DNA of 64,000 bases from Octopus sinensis (GCF_006345805.1 NC_042997.1:196478001-196542000); one strand, 5' to 3'; counted from the first letter of the stretch, positions 37,350 to 52,189 are shown. Notes: generated by a model not told the origin, from the letters alone. A program made the numbers and translations.

Positions 37350-37960
37350 TTTCTTTTCATCCCGGACAATGAGATCCGATTTCAAGATAACCTTGTCTTC
37401 TTCAGAGTTAACAGAACTTTCTTGTCTTTTCAAACCTGACAACGTTATTTGATGTTACCTTCGCGTTCACTACTATCCTTCACTGTATCACAAATGTGAA
37501 CGCAAATTAATAGTCAAATGATTCTACCAATTCCCTAATTCACGACCCTTCCACCACCCTTGTTATTCTACGACACCAACCATTGGACAGCACCAACTTC
37601 GCTTATCTTTTCATCTCTCTCGGTCCTAAACGTTAATAGATATACATTCCCATCTCAGTATAAGGACAACGTCCATGCACCCATTAGGGGTTCTTTCAAC
37701 TCTTTTGTGGACATTTGAAAGTCCCACTTTCTATTGTAGCAAGATACACACTTAAGTTCCTCTTTTTTTTTGCCATTTTCTGGATGTATTCATTGAGCAA
37801 GAAGGCACTATCCATCGTACCATATTTTCCCCTCGCCATTTTTTCCCTGCAGCCGTTGTATGTCCAGGCGTCTTTTTGGCTAACGACCCTAGCAAAAATG
37901 TTATTAAAATTTCATCTTCCTTCACTTGTGCGTGTCGCGGTACCAATAATTCGGTAGGAT
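37350..37960 (-). pseudogene. Possible highly degenerate non-LTR reverse transcriptase fragment
   Basis: One minus frame gives YRIIG..FNNIFARVV..KYGTMDSAFLLNEYIQKMAKKKRNLSVYLATIE, spaced like RT motifs 1-3 but lacking D..KAFD. Confidence 0.3.
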
Positions 37961-40900
37961 ACACGAGTTTAATGTGAAGAACAATATTCCTGAATATTTG
38001 GCATCATTCGAAGAATTTCATGTCAACACTACGTCCAGTTGATTTTGGCAGTTATTATCTTCGACAGAATTTCTTCTGTAAATAAAAACTTATCCATTTT
38101 ATCGAACATAAAATTAACGAAATTAATAAGTAGGTAATTCAATATTATATTACACGTTATCAAGATAGGCCTGTCAAATTTCAAATATATTTCACAGCCA
38201 AAATATTTATAAACAATTGATCAGATTTAACTTAATTTCGAGACAAACTTAGGCGATTATTATTGCTACATTTCAGAGCTGCGACAGTCTGGAATCCTCT
38301 GGGTTAGAAATCTAAAGGTAAGAATATAAATAAATTACTGACGTGAGAACAGTCTTAGTTTTCGATTTTATAATGGATTACAGCCACACAGAAATAGAAA
38401 TATAGAGTACAGTTAAAATTTATTGCAGCTATATCCTATTTCTTTTTTATCTTTTACTTGTTTCAGCCATTAGACTGCGGCCATTCTGGGGCAGAGCCTT
38501 GAAGAATTTTTACTCGAATGTATCGACTTCAGTACATATATTTTTTAAAGCTTGGCACTTATTCTGTCGAACCGCTAAGTTACGGTGACATAAACACATC
38601 AACATCCATTGTCAAGCGGTGGTAAGGGACAAACAAAACACACACAACACACACACAAATGCATGCACATGGTTTTGGTTGGCCCGAGGCTATAGTAGAA
38701 GACACTCGCCCAGGGTGCCATGCAATAAGACTGAACTAGGAACCATGTGGTTGGGAAGCAAGCTTTTTACCACACAGCCATGCCTGCACCTAGAAAGTCC
38801 CGTCTTCACGTACAGAACGATGTGTTTGAGTATAGTTATAAGGTAAAGACGGACGAAATGCCGTTCAGTTACCATCTACGAAATTCACTCACAAGGCTTT
38901 GGTCGGCCCGAGGCAATTGTAGAAGACACTTGCCCAAGGTGCCTCGCAGTGGGACTGAACCCGGAACCATCTAATCTTAATATATATTTTACCAGTGTGA
39001 TATTATTCACTGTTGTTAACGCATTGATAATGATAGGAAAGACAGAAGTATATATGTGTATATGTATATATGTATATATTTGTATATGTATATATGTATA
39101 TATTTGTATATGTATGTATATATATATGTATATAATTATGTATATATATGTATATGTATATATTTATGTATATATACCTCTGTCTGAATCAGTAATTAAG
39201 CGTACGAAGTTGTTAATTTTTGGTTATGGTTTACAGTTGGTTGTTTGCTGATAATATCAGGCGCCGTTAGAGGCTGGTTTAAGCTGAACCAAGCAGAAAT
39301 TCGCTTATTTGAAAGCAGATTTCATCGGTAAAGAAGTACATGTAAGTATATCGTACTATTTTCCCGAAACAATATAATTACTTAGTTATTGTTTCAAGTG
39401 AAACAAAAACAATAGCGACCACCGGAAAGTTATAACAAGATTACTGCAAACTAATCCAAACAAGATATATTTCAATGGGGTTTCAGTGAAAACCGAATGA
39501 AATTATATCTTAAGTGAAGTTGCGAAGTCACTTTTGACTTGATGAATCCGTAGCTTTCTTTTTTTTGTGCGTGCCGAGAATGTCTCAAAAATGAACTCAT
39601 TATTTTGTAGAAATTCTTGAAAATGGTAAATATCAAACACATTGGCACATTCTTCAAGAAAATAAAATACAAAATACTTAGAAATTCAATAAACTATATT
39701 GATACAAAATGAATAGTTATATTGAATATCGACAAATCAAAAGTTGTTCCTTTGAATGAAACGATCAGCTATTCAGTATGATCATATTGAAATAATTTAA
39801 TGTATTTCTTCTCAACACATATATACATACATATATACATATATAATCATATATACAAATATATACATATATATACACACATATATATACTATATATATA
39901 TATATATACATATACAAATATATACATATATATATATACATATACAAATATATACATATACACATATACATACATATACACATATATATATATACATATA
40001 CATATATACATATATATATACATACATATATACATATACATATATAAATATATACACATATATATACATAAATATATACATATATATACATAGATATATA
40101 CACATATATATACATAGATATATACATATATATATACATAATATATACATAATTATATACATATATATACATATATATACATATATAAATATATACATAT
40201 ACACATATACATATATAAATATATACATATACATATATACATATATAAATATATACATATACATATATATACATAAATATATACATATATATATACATAA
40301 ATATATACATATATACACATACACACACATATATATATACCGAGAAACTAATGAATAGAAAGAACGTACCTTTTCTCTGTATAAAACCAGTCGCTTTGTT
40401 GATAACTAAATCGTCATCTATTATTGCACATTCAAAGGTTATGATGGTACATTTCCTTCTCTCGTTCTCCTTCCCTCACTATCCTTCCTTCCTTCCTTCT
40501 CTCACACCCCTTCCTTCCTTCTTTCTTTCGTTCCTTCGTTCGTTCGTTCATTTCGTTGTCTCTGTCTATGTCTCTCTCTCTCTATGTATTTATCTTTCTC
40601 TACATAACAATGTATACATGTTTCTATATATAAATGTGTATGTACATATGTAAAATTGTGTGTGAATTTATAAACACAGATGCACGTGCACACAAGCGCA
40701 TGCACACACACACAAACACACACACACACACACACACGCACACACATAAATGCAGGAAACAGACGCAGAGGAACCTTGGAGGTACAGTTCTGGTTCATCT
40801 TTCCGTTCAATTTCGTGAACCAACATCGACCGCACGAAACGGTCAGCTTTGAAGTAATTTACCGGAATTATTAATACACAATAACAACACACTCTATATA

Positions 40901-40971
40901 CTTTTAACACAGATGCGTATTGAGCACTCGATTTTTAAATAAAAAATTACAGGCAAACGCGTACATGTATA

Positions 40972-41033
40972 CAGTAATCCCTCACCATATCGCGGTCCAC
41001 CTATCGCGCACTCAGTACATCGCGGATTTTTTT
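40972..41033 (+). mobile_element. pogo/Tigger-like left terminus, interrupted by a family A SINE
   Basis: TA|CAGTAATCCCTCACCATATCGCGG..ATCGCGGATTTTTT resembles pogo-type ends (recalled). No clear right TIR. Confidence 0.4.
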
Positions 41034-41410
41034 GGCTGTGTGGTAAGTAGCTTGCTTACGAACCACATTGTTCCGGGTTCAGTCTCACTGCGTGGTACCT
41101 TGGGCAGTGTCTTCTACTCTAACCACGGACCGACCAAAGCCTTGTGAATGGATTTGGCAGGCAGAAAACTGAAAGAAGCCCGTCGTATATATGTATATAT
41201 ATTTGTGTGTCTGTGTTTGTCCCTCAACATCGCTTGACAACCGATGCTCGTGTGTTTACGTCCCCGTCACTATGCGGTTCGGCAAAAGAGACTAATAAAA
41301 TAAGTACTAGGCTTACAAAGAATAAGTCCTGGGGTCGATTTGCTCGAATAAAGGCAGTGCTTCAGCATGGCCACGGTCAAATGACTGAAACAAGTAAAAG
41401 AGTAAAAAGA
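41033..41410 (+). mobile_element. Family A SINE
   Basis: Head, microsatellite and tail present. Confidence 0.85.
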
Positions 41411-41675
41411 GAGATATGTAAATTTATATCGCGGACTCCTCAGTAAACCCGAGCTTCTGAGGCCGATACCTTTTTTAGATTTTAATTACATCTATGGGAA
41501 TATTGTAAAACGTAACGCCCGCGATTAGTGTATATGTCTATGCATAATATATTTGTGCATGTATGTGTGTATTTCCAGGTATGTATGATTTAACGAAATT
41601 AACACATTTGTAATAAATAAATAACAGGTAAATGTGGAACATATACAGTTTAACATATACTTATCAACTCTCTTA

Positions 41676-42088
41676 GGCGCAGGAGTGGCTGTGTGTTAAG
41701 TAAATTGCTTACCAACTACATGGTTCCGGGTTCAGTCCCACTGCGTGGCACCTTCGGCCAGTGTCTTCTACTATACCCTCGGGCCGACCAAGGCCTTGTA
41801 AGTGGATTTGGCAGACGGAAACTGAAAGAAGCCCGTCATATATATATATATATATGTATATATGTATATGTATGTATGTGTGTGTCTATGTTTGTCCCCC
41901 CAACATCGCTTGACAACCGATGGTGGTGTGTTTACGTCCCCGTAACTTAGTGATTCGGCAAAAGAGACCAATAGAATAAGTACTAGGCTTACAAAGAATA
42001 AGTCCTGGGGTCGATTTGCTCGACTAAAGACGGTGCTGCAGCATGGCCGCAGTCAAATGACTGAAACGAGTAAACGAGTAAAAGAGTC
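41676..42088 (+). mobile_element. Family A SINE, full length
   Basis: GGCGCAGGAGTGGCTGTG..GAAACGAGTAAACGAGTAAAAGAG. Confidence 0.85.
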
Positions 42089-42197
42089 TCACTAAAACTA
42101 AATACAAAATCTTACGCGATGTTTCCTTTTCAGGACTTGCCGAAAGAAGAGAACTCAAACGAAGAGAACTCGAAGAGTTTCCCACAGCATGTAGTAA

Positions 42198-42230
<33 letters not shown>

Positions 42231-42234
42231 AATC

Positions 42235-42650
42235 TTTTTCTTGTTTCACAGAAGTGCGGCCATGCTGCAGCAACGCCTTCAAGAATTTCATTTTATTGAA
42301 CGAATCGATCGCAGTACTTACTTTTAAAAACCCTGGTATTCTATCGGTCTCTTTTGTCGAACCGTTAGACTACGGGAACGTAAACACGCCAACACCGGTT
42401 GTCAAGCGATGGCAGGGTACAAACAAACACACAGGCGCACACACATACATGCACCGACACACGCACAAAACGCGAGCGCGCATATATACGACGGGATTCT
42501 TTCAGTTTCCGCCCACCAAATCCACTCACAAAGTTTTGGTCGGACCGAAGCTAGAGTGGAAGATACATGTTCAGGGTGCCAGGCATTGGGACTGAACCAG
42601 GAACCGTATGGTTGGGAAGCAAACTTCTTACCGCGTAGCCATTCCTGCGC
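42235..42650 (-). mobile_element. Older family A-related SINE
   Basis: Diverged reverse complement ending CCATTCCTGCGCC. Confidence 0.7.
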
Positions 42651-42719
42651 CTGTAATATGCTATATGAGCATATATATACTTCCATACTTCCGGGATCGG
42701 TTTGCTCAACTAACCCTTC

Positions 42720-43311
42720 AAAATATATATATTCTTTTCTACCATAGGCACAAGGCCCGAAATTTTTGGGGAGAGGACCAGTCGATTAGATAGACCCCAG
42801 TACGCAACTGGTACTTAATTTATCAACCCCGAAAGGATGAAAAGCAAAGTCGACCTCGGCGGAATTTGACTCAGAACATAAAGACAGACGAAATACTTAT
42901 TTCTTTATTACCCACAAGGGGCTAAACACAGAAGGGACAAACAAGGACAGACAAACGGATTAAGTCGATTACATTGACTCCAGTGCGTAATTGGTACTTA
43001 ATTTATCGACCCAGAAAAGATGATAGGCAAAGTCGACCTCGGCGGAATTTGAACTCAGAACGTAGCGGCAGGCGAAATACCTATTTCTTTACTACCCACA
43101 AGGGGCTAAACACAGAGGAGACAAACGAGGACAGACAAACGGATTAAGTCAATTATATCGACCCCAGTGCGTAACTGGTACTTATTTAATCGACCCCGAA
43201 AGGATGAAAGGCAAAGTCGATCTCGGCGGAATTTGAACTCAGAACGTAACGGCGGACGAAATACGGTTACGCATTTCGCCCGGCTTGCTAACGTTTCTGC
43301 CAGCCCGCCTT
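42720..43311 (-). mobile_element. Family B trimer: head-body-tail1 / body-tail1 / body-tail2
   Basis: Junctions GACGAAATAC(C/T)TATTTCTTTA at about 42890-42910 and 43072-43092. The last unit carries the alternative tail GGCACAAGGCCCGAAATTTTTGGGG. Confidence 0.85.
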
Positions 43312-43314
43312 ATA

Positions 43315-43568
43315 TATATCAGCGTGATCACCGTGACTGACCAGACTATCAGATGTTCCTACACATTGCTGGTCACAATGCGCTTCGCATTGTTTTAGAA
43401 AGAGTGAGAGAAAGTTGTGGCGAAAGAGTACAGCAGGGATCGCCACCATCCCCTGCCGGAGCTTTAGGTGTTTTCGCTCAATAATCACTCACGACGCCCG
43501 GTCTGGGAATCGAAACCGCGATCCTACGACAGCGAGTCCGCTGCCCTAACCACTGGGCCATTGCGCCT

Positions 43569-43572
<4 letters not shown>
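43315..43572 (-). mobile_element. Family C SINE head with tail iii
   Basis: C head (reverse complement GTGGAGGCGCAATGG) followed by GCGAAGCGCATTGTGACC..GATAGTCTGGTCAGTCACGG. Confidence 0.75.
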
Positions 43573-43624
<52 letters not shown>

Positions 43625-44446
43625 TCATATACCTATACACAAACATAAATGCATACATATATGCATACACACACACACACGTATATTAAGGAAATTTTTC
43701 TGCAGATTATTTAAATACAAAATGCTGTCAGGCTATCAACAACAATTTAACTCAAATACGGATAGCATAAAACTTTCCACATTGACAGCTTATAACTTCA
43801 ATAAATACATCTATTATATAGGTTGTATTAAATGTAAACTACAAAGATTTTACTGCATTCATTGTAAAATGGAACTAAACGATAAAGAAAACACTTAATT
43901 CGCCTCTGTGTCTATTTTTTTCCTCTCTTTATATACACATATAATTGAGTCTGCATTTGTACGCCTTTCATTAATACAAGCGAATAAAAATGCACACATA
44001 CACACACACACACACACACACATATTTGAACGCACTCACACAGACATGTATATATATATATATATATATGAATAAAGATATGTATTCATACATGATGAGA
44101 ATAGCGATATTTCAATACAGATAAACGCATACACAGGCGCAAGAGCGCGCACAGGCACATATACATACGCATACCCACATGTGTGTGTATAATATGTATA
44201 TATACCCACATGTATACATACACAGATACACACACTAGCATGCATTACATTATGTACATACATACATGATCACATACATGTACATAAATATATATATGCA
44301 CATATAAATGTATACATGTGTGTATGTACGCATACATACATACATATATACAAATATATATATATACATATACACACATATATGTACACACACACACACA
44401 TATATATACACACACACATACACACACACACATATATATACATATA

Positions 44447-44524
<78 letters not shown>

Positions 44525-44707
44525 CACATTATACACACATATGCACGTAAGCAAATGCAGGGTATATAAAGGTATCACCTTAATAAACCTCGACAAGCAA
44601 TCTTACTTTCACACAACGATATAAACACTATGAACACGCGAGAGGTGATCCGTACCTTTGTATGCAGGCTTTCTTGCACACACAAACACACACATTTATA
44701 TACATAC

Positions 44708-44751
<44 letters not shown>

Positions 44752-44755
44752 TATA

Positions 44756-44789
<34 letters not shown>

Positions 44790-46105
44790 CATATACATAT
44801 ACATATATACATATACATACATATATATACACACACACGCATCTAAGTACATGCAGGTATTTATCTATATGTAATATGTGAATATACACACATATCCTCA
44901 CAAGAATATATTTGTATATATGCCAGAAGTCACATAATAACAAATAGAGATGATAAAATATTTTCAATACTGTAAGTTCGTAACATTTTTTTTTCTATTT
45001 TTTACCACTTACTGCTTGACATATGGAAAAATGAATATATACAAATATATTTCCGTGTCATTTCTAATAAATACACATACACACTAAACGCACATAAACA
45101 TCAATTTCTATATGTGTGTATATCTACCATATATAATATATAGACATACACACACACACAAATATATATGTGTATATATATATATATATATAAGTGTGTG
45201 TTATCAGTGGTGGATATACGTATGGAGAAGCACACGTTATGAATTAATCGTTACACAAGGTAAATAATACAAAAGAAAAAAAAATAACGAAAATATTATG
45301 AAACGTTAACTGTGCAAATGACTTAAAGTAGAATCTTGATATTTATTGAAGAGAAAAAAGTAACTGTGACTTGCAAGTTTCGCCGAGAGCGGTCTTTCTT
45401 TCAGTGTTGATATACATACGTGTACGTATATATGCATGTATATATATATATATATATATGAATATATATATATACATATACATAGATATATAAACATATA
45501 TATATAAACATATATATTTATGTATACACATACACATACATTAATGTATGTGTACATATATATATATACATATATATATACACATATACATATATATATA
45601 TATATATACATATATAGACATATACACATAGACATATATATATATACACACATATAGACATATATATATATACATATATACATATACATATATACATATA
45701 TACATATATACATATACATATATATATACATATATATATATACGTACATATATGTATACATATATATGTGCATATGTATGTATACATATATATGTACATA
45801 TGTATGTATATATATATGTGTGTATATGAATGAATATATACATACATGCATGCATACATATATATATGTGATCACATATATATATACTTGATCACATGCT
45901 ATATATATGTATGTATCTCTCTCTCTCTAAAATCTATATATCCATATATCTATCTCTGTCTCTATATATATATGCATTTAGTTCGTGTACACACACGTAT
46001 ACACACACACGTATATATTATATTTGTGATTTAGTGAATTCGTCAGGTAAATATATCTATAATGAATACTTACTTTAAAAGATTGCAGGTTTAACATAGC
46101 TCTCC

Positions 46106-46147
<42 letters not shown>

Positions 46148-47039
46148 AAACACATGCACACCCTGTATTTATGTAATAATATATTTTTCGGTAAAGCTAC
46201 GGCAATACGTAAAACACAGGCCTACGCAGGCAAACACAGAAATACACATATTTACAAATACATGCCCTGATTCGATTCGGATTGGATTAGCGTCATAAGT
46301 TGCCTTCCTCTTCTTTTCCTTCTTAACGTGCATCGCCAGGTAGTCGTGAGTGTTGGTAATGTTGCCGATATGGCTGTGTGGTAAAAAAAAAAAAAAGGCT
46401 TTGCAACCATGTGGATTTGGGTTCAGTCCCATTAAACAGCATCTCAATCAAGCGTTTTCAACAAAAGCTCTATAATCCATGCCGACCAATGCCTTCTGAA
46501 TTGTAGACATAAACTGAGTGGAAACCCGTCGGTTTTGAATAAAGATATAAATATATATGTGTGTGTGAGTATATATATCTACGTATATGTGTTTGTGTGT
46601 TGGTGTTTGTCGTTACTACCATCTGATAACCAGTGTTGGTTTGTTTACGTCCCCGTAACTTAGCAAACGAGACCGATAGTGACCCGAGAACTACACCTGT
46701 TCTCGTCGGTACCTACCTTTACATGCTTCTAAGTAATATTCGGGTAAAACCTTGAAGAATGCTTTGCAAAGCTCGTCCTTGGATGCGTTACATTAATTAA
46801 ATCTCACCAATGTACTAAAGGTGTGAGAATGTGTCGAAACAGCTGTAAAGATTTTAAATAAAGTATGTCATTAGTTCCATTTTTTATTATTTATCTACAC
46901 ACTCTTATATACACACATACATTTATAACTAAAGCCACACGCACACATATTATGCACATGCGCATATGTTATCATCAACATCTGAAGACGGCGAGAAAAC
47001 GCAATTTCAGGCGAAATGTACAATACATAAGAAAAAAGG

Positions 47040-47265
47040 GAACAGTTTATATTCTTTTCTACTCCGGGTACGAGACCCGAAATTTTCGGAGAGGGGGCAG
47101 TCGATTAGATCGACTTCAGTAGGCAACTGGTACTTAATTTACCTACCTCGAAAGGATGAAAGGCAAAATCGACCTCGGCGGAATTTGAACTCAGAACGTA
47201 AAGACACACGAAATACTGCTAAGCATTTCGCCCAGCGTGCTAACTTTTCTGCCAGCTCGCCGCCT
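47040..47265 (-). mobile_element. Family B SINE monomer with tail 2
   Basis: Reverse complement of B; tail CCCGAAATTTTCGGAGAGGGGGCAGTCG. Confidence 0.8.
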
Positions 47266-47531
47266 TGTGAACTCTTTACATTAATAGATTAATAAACATT
47301 ATAACGCTAGTTCAGTTCTCTTCATTGCAGAATTCCATTTACGCTGACAACGCACTAATTTCCGAAACGTCAATAGATTGCCTTTTCCTTAACGGAGTAT
47401 TTCATTAACTTCACAATGTTGATCATTGTTTTTGTTTTTCTTCGTATTTGTTTTCTCTGTATTTCCATGCGTTTGTTTGACGCAGAATATTTAGGTTCTA
47501 ATGCATCTCGTATGTTTAAAGAACTATATCT

Positions 47532-47573
<42 letters not shown>

Positions 47574-48979
47574 ATCTACATCAAATATTGTGTAAGTTTA
47601 GCGTAAAATTTAGGCTAAGTTTCCCATGGACTTTTATGAAACCATTTCGGGAGTTCATAGTTTGTATTGAATCTGTTAAAAATAGCAAGCAACTTTCTCT
47701 CAAATCTCACCCTACCATCTTAAAATTTTGGAAGAACATTTTGGATAATGGATTCCAAGAGATTTTCCCCAAAAGAAGACGAGATTGTAACGAAGGAAGC
47801 TTATGATCATGTGCCTTTTCATTCATGCCCTAGCGCATCACCAAATCCAACACCACCACTATCACTACTTAAGCCCATATGTGTATGTGTTATGTTGATG
47901 AGCCAATGAGAGAGCGTCAAGTCGTCACTCGACTTCCTAGAAATAGCAGCCAAATATTCCTACCATCTTTAAAAGGTCGTATATATTTGGAATTGTACTC
48001 CTAGGAGCATAATGCCTGATAAAAATAAAATTGATGGTATTATCAGAGGTTGATCTGGTCTTCTTGATAGAAGCTGATCTAAGGTCGGTCAACAATACCA
48101 TTACTACCACCATCACCATTACCACCAGTGCACTAACACCACCAGCATCACCACCGTTAACAACAACAACAACAACAACAACAGCGGAAGCAGCAGCAGT
48201 AGCAACAAGAACAACATGTCTGTAATTAAGTTTTGGCAGAACTTAACTAAGTTCTTCAGACATATATTTAAACAGAGTAAACGAAACGGATTGAAAATGA
48301 TTAATGTATGTGTTTAGGTTTGATAAAAGACAATATGGAGTGAGGTGCTGGTGAATGGGGATTGTTTAGATTCTTCAGTTCTGAGGAAGAATTCTGTCAG
48401 GAATACATTCGTGAAGAGGAATTTGTTGCATATAGAACTAAAGTTCTTATAGCTAATAATGATAGAGCAGTGAATGAAATTCTTATTCTGCAGTCTTCTT
48501 TTCCTGACAGCACGAATCTCAATATGTAGTATGTCTGTCACGCTAATAACATAGTAAATGTGATTCTATAGAAAGATGAGTGACTACTGAAAAAGAGAAC
48601 CGCTAAGACGAGTTTCGGTTTCCGGTGAAATTAACTTCTTTTATTTATTCATGGTTAATTAAGTTAGATGTAAGGAGAAGCATCATGCTATTGAATTAAT
48701 CATTAGACCATTCTAATTGATGACCTTTCTGGTGATTAGAACATGATAATCGATGACTTCTACGTTGCCAAGCAATATTTCTAATTAGAAATAAAAGAAC
48801 AAAAAAAAATAATAAGATTCATTACCAAACATTTAATTACCAAAATTATTTTTAATTCTCATACTCCCCACCAAATACCGCTTAACGCCAATGTGCAAAA
48901 CAAACAATATATTTTCCCAGGTACCCCATATATACACAAGAGACACCCAACGGGTGTTTAGGTGTTAAAAGAAATGTTA

Positions 48980-49390
48980 AGGCGGCAAGCTGGCAGAAAC
49001 GTTAGCACGCCGGGCGAAATGCGTTGCCGTATTTCGTCTGCCGTTATGTTCTGAGTTCAAATTTCGCCGAGGTCGACTTTGCCTTTCATCCTTTCGATAA
49101 ATAAAGTACCAGTTATGCACTGGGGTCGATGTAATCGACCTCATCCGTTTGTCTGTCCTTGTTTGTCCTCTCTATGTTTAGCCTCTTGTGGGTAGTAAAG
49201 AAATAGGTATTTCGTCTGCCGCTACGTTCTGAGTTCAAATTCCGCCGAGGTCGACTTTGCTTTACATCCTTTCAGGGTCGATAAATTAAGTACCAGTTAC
49301 ATACTGGGGTCGATGCAATCGACTTAATCCGTTTGTCTGTCCTTGTTTGTCCTCTTTGTGTTTAGCTCCTTGTGGGTAATAAAGAAATAA
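48980..49390 (+). mobile_element. Family B dimer
   Basis: Junction GTAAAGAAATA|GGTATTTCGTCTGCC at about 49206. Confidence 0.85.
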
Positions 49391-49849
49391 GAAATGTTAA
49401 TCGTTATAATTAGAGAGACCCATGGAAATCCCACGATTTATGAATGTACTTATTTCTGTATTTTAAGGCAAAAATTTACAGATCTTCATAATTCTGTTTC
49501 CTTATCTTTCGCTTGTTTCAGTCATTGGAATGCGGCCATGCTGGGATATCGCCTCGAAGGGCTTAGTCAATGAAATAGCAAGGTTTAGTCGATCAAATCG
49601 TCCTGAGTACTTATTTTAAAAATCTAGTGCTTATTCTACCGGTTTCTCAACAAACTGCCAAGTAATGAGGACGTAGCCAAACCGATACCAGTTGTCATGC
49701 GTTGGTGGTAAGGGAGACAAACATGAAGAAACAACCACATACAGAGACAGAAACACGCGCGCACACACACACACACAAGATAAACTTCTATACAATTTCT
49801 GTTTACCTCGTTTACATTGATGGGGCCATGAACATCAACCACCGCAATG

Positions 49850-50046
49850 CCACTTAACTTTGATAGGTTTCAGGCAGTATAGGCCCAGGCCATGTCTAAC
49901 TGAATAGCACCACCTGGTGAAGTCTTTTAGTCATATATGGGGCACCATAGCCCACTCTAGCAAAGGGTTATTATTGTTGGAGACATATCCGGGTGTAGGA
50001 GGTTGGTCTGGGAATTTTCAAGAAATTTGTCCAGTGAACATTTGGG
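49850..50046 (-). mobile_element. CR1-group LINE extreme 3' end (ORF2 tip + 3' UTR)
   Basis: Minus translation across a frameshift gives KCSLDKFLEN/PDQPPTPGYVSNNNNPLLEW, matching the recalled LDKFL..IPDQP..PGY C-terminus of invertebrate CR1-like elements. Confidence 0.55.
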
Positions 50047-50127
50047 CAAATGTCTTCTACTCTTGCCTCGAGACGACCAAAGCTTTGTGAGTGGATTTGG
50101 AAGACGGAAACTGAAAGAAGCCCTTCG

Positions 50128-50166
<39 letters not shown>

Positions 50167-50390
50167 TATATGTGTGTGTGTGTATGTTTGTGTGTCGTGT
50201 CTGTGTTTGTCCCAATCCCATCGTTTGACAATCAATGTTGATGCGTTTATCATCCCGTAAACTAGCGATTTAGCAAAAGGGGGTGGATAGAATAAATACG
50301 TCTTGGACTCGAATTGTTTGACTAAATACAGTGTTCCAGCATGGCCGCAGTCAAATGAATGTAACAAGTAAAAGAAAAAGAATAAAAGAA
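50040..50390 (+). mobile_element. Family A SINE, 5'-truncated
   Basis: Begins TTGGGCAAATGTCTTC; microsatellite and tail present. Confidence 0.75.
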
Positions 50391-50508
50391 TATACCGAAA
50401 TTGCTACTACTCGATGGATGTTGTGAAACAGCTGTAAGCCTAAGGATAACGGGTGGTTAAATAACTATTCACTTCTCATATCTCCTGATTGTTTATCGTA
50501 TGTGTGTG

Positions 50509-50540
<32 letters not shown>

Positions 50541-50992
50541 AATATATATACATACACACGTATGTGTGTGTGTGTGTGTATGTGTGCGTGTTTATATACA
50601 TAAATGTGTGTGTTTATTAGTTTCAGAACAGACTACTGTACGGAATGAATATACGAATAATTCAGATAGTTTTGAAAGAACTAGAAATAAACAGTTCATG
50701 AATAATACAGAGATAAAAAACCCTGGTGAGATAAAGTATATTACTCGTTTTAAAGCGGGGCTGATCAAAACTAAATTATTTTTATAGTGGTTATCTAAAT
50801 AAGATGATTGTTTTTTTTATTGTAATATAGAATTCTATGGATAATTGAAAGCAAATCTTCTCGTTATAAAAATCAAACTATTTTACGAGGATCTATAGCA
50901 GTTAACGAAATATGATGTCATTAATGTAAGCTGAATGCTGTGTTTTATAAATTCTAGGTAGAAAGAATATGAATTATTTGAGATGCCTCTTA

Positions 50993-51238
50993 GTCTATCT
51001 ATCTGTCTGTCTATCTACCAACCTATCTATCTGTCTGTCTATCTACCAACCTATCTATCTGTCTATCTACCAACCTATCTATCTGTCTGTCTATCTACCA
51101 ACCTATCTATCTGTCTGTCTATCTACCAACCTATCTATCTATCTGTCTATCTACCAACCTATCTATCTATCTGTCTATCTACCAACCTATCTATCTGTCT
51201 ATCTACCAACCTATCTATCTATCTGTCTATCTACCAAC

Positions 51239-51269
<31 letters not shown>

Positions 51270-51358
51270 CCAACCTATCTATCTATCTATCTATCTACCA
51301 ACCTATCTATCTATCTATCTATCTACCAACCTATCTATCTATCTATCTATCTATCTGT
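50993..51358. repeat. Compound (CTAT)n/(CTGT)n minisatellite punctuated by ACCAAC
   Basis: About 12 units of 24-40 bp, each ending CTACCAAC. Confidence 0.9.
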
Positions 51359-51434
51359 ACATACATACACACAACTATCTGTCTGTCTGCCTGTCTATTT
51401 ATCAGTACACACACACACACACACAACACACACA

Positions 51435-51487
<53 letters not shown>

Positions 51488-52189
51488 CATAGCTGCTGGA
51501 ACGATTTCAAACAATCCGTTGACGGCCAGAATGTTTTGCCAATTCTGCATGCGTATGTGTGTGTGTGTTTGTTTGTTTGTTTGTGTGTATGCATGTGTGT
51601 GTGTGTGTGTGTGTGTTTGTTTGTTTGTTTGTGTGTATGCATGTGTGTGTGTGTGTGTGTGTGTTTGTTTGTTTGTTTGTGTGTATGCATGTGTGTGTGT
51701 GTGTGTGTGTGTGTTTGTCCGTGTTGCATACATGAAGTTTCAGTATTGATTTCAAAATCTCTTTTGTCAGCGACTATTTATCGGAGTGTGTCTTTTATCC
51801 CAGACAGATTTTCTAAGTATAAAGTCAATTGGGATATTAACACACTGATAGATATTTCAGATTAAGATAAGCCAAATAATTAATCCTACTTGTCACGCGG
51901 AATTTATACTAATTAATTAAAACATAAAACTGTTACTGAGGAGTGTTATTAATTATGATAAATATAATTGGCTTGTAATTCTTAATCTTTTTTGCTCTAG
52001 GCACAAAGATTGAAATTACGATGGTACTTAGCGACAGAATGAAGGTAAAGCCAGCCTTTGTAGAACTTGAACCCAGAACGTAGAAAGGGAAGAACTGCCG
52101 CTGGGCATTTTGTCCGAGCGTACCACGATTCTCCCAGATCGCCACCTTTTTCTCTATTTCTTAATAATAAAATGATTAATAGACACTTG

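Noticed and set aside
39765-45875. Dozens of YI/CV/HT-repeat ORFs here and throughout the window
   Set aside because: They arise from (TA)n and (CA)n microsatellites lacking stop codons in some frames.
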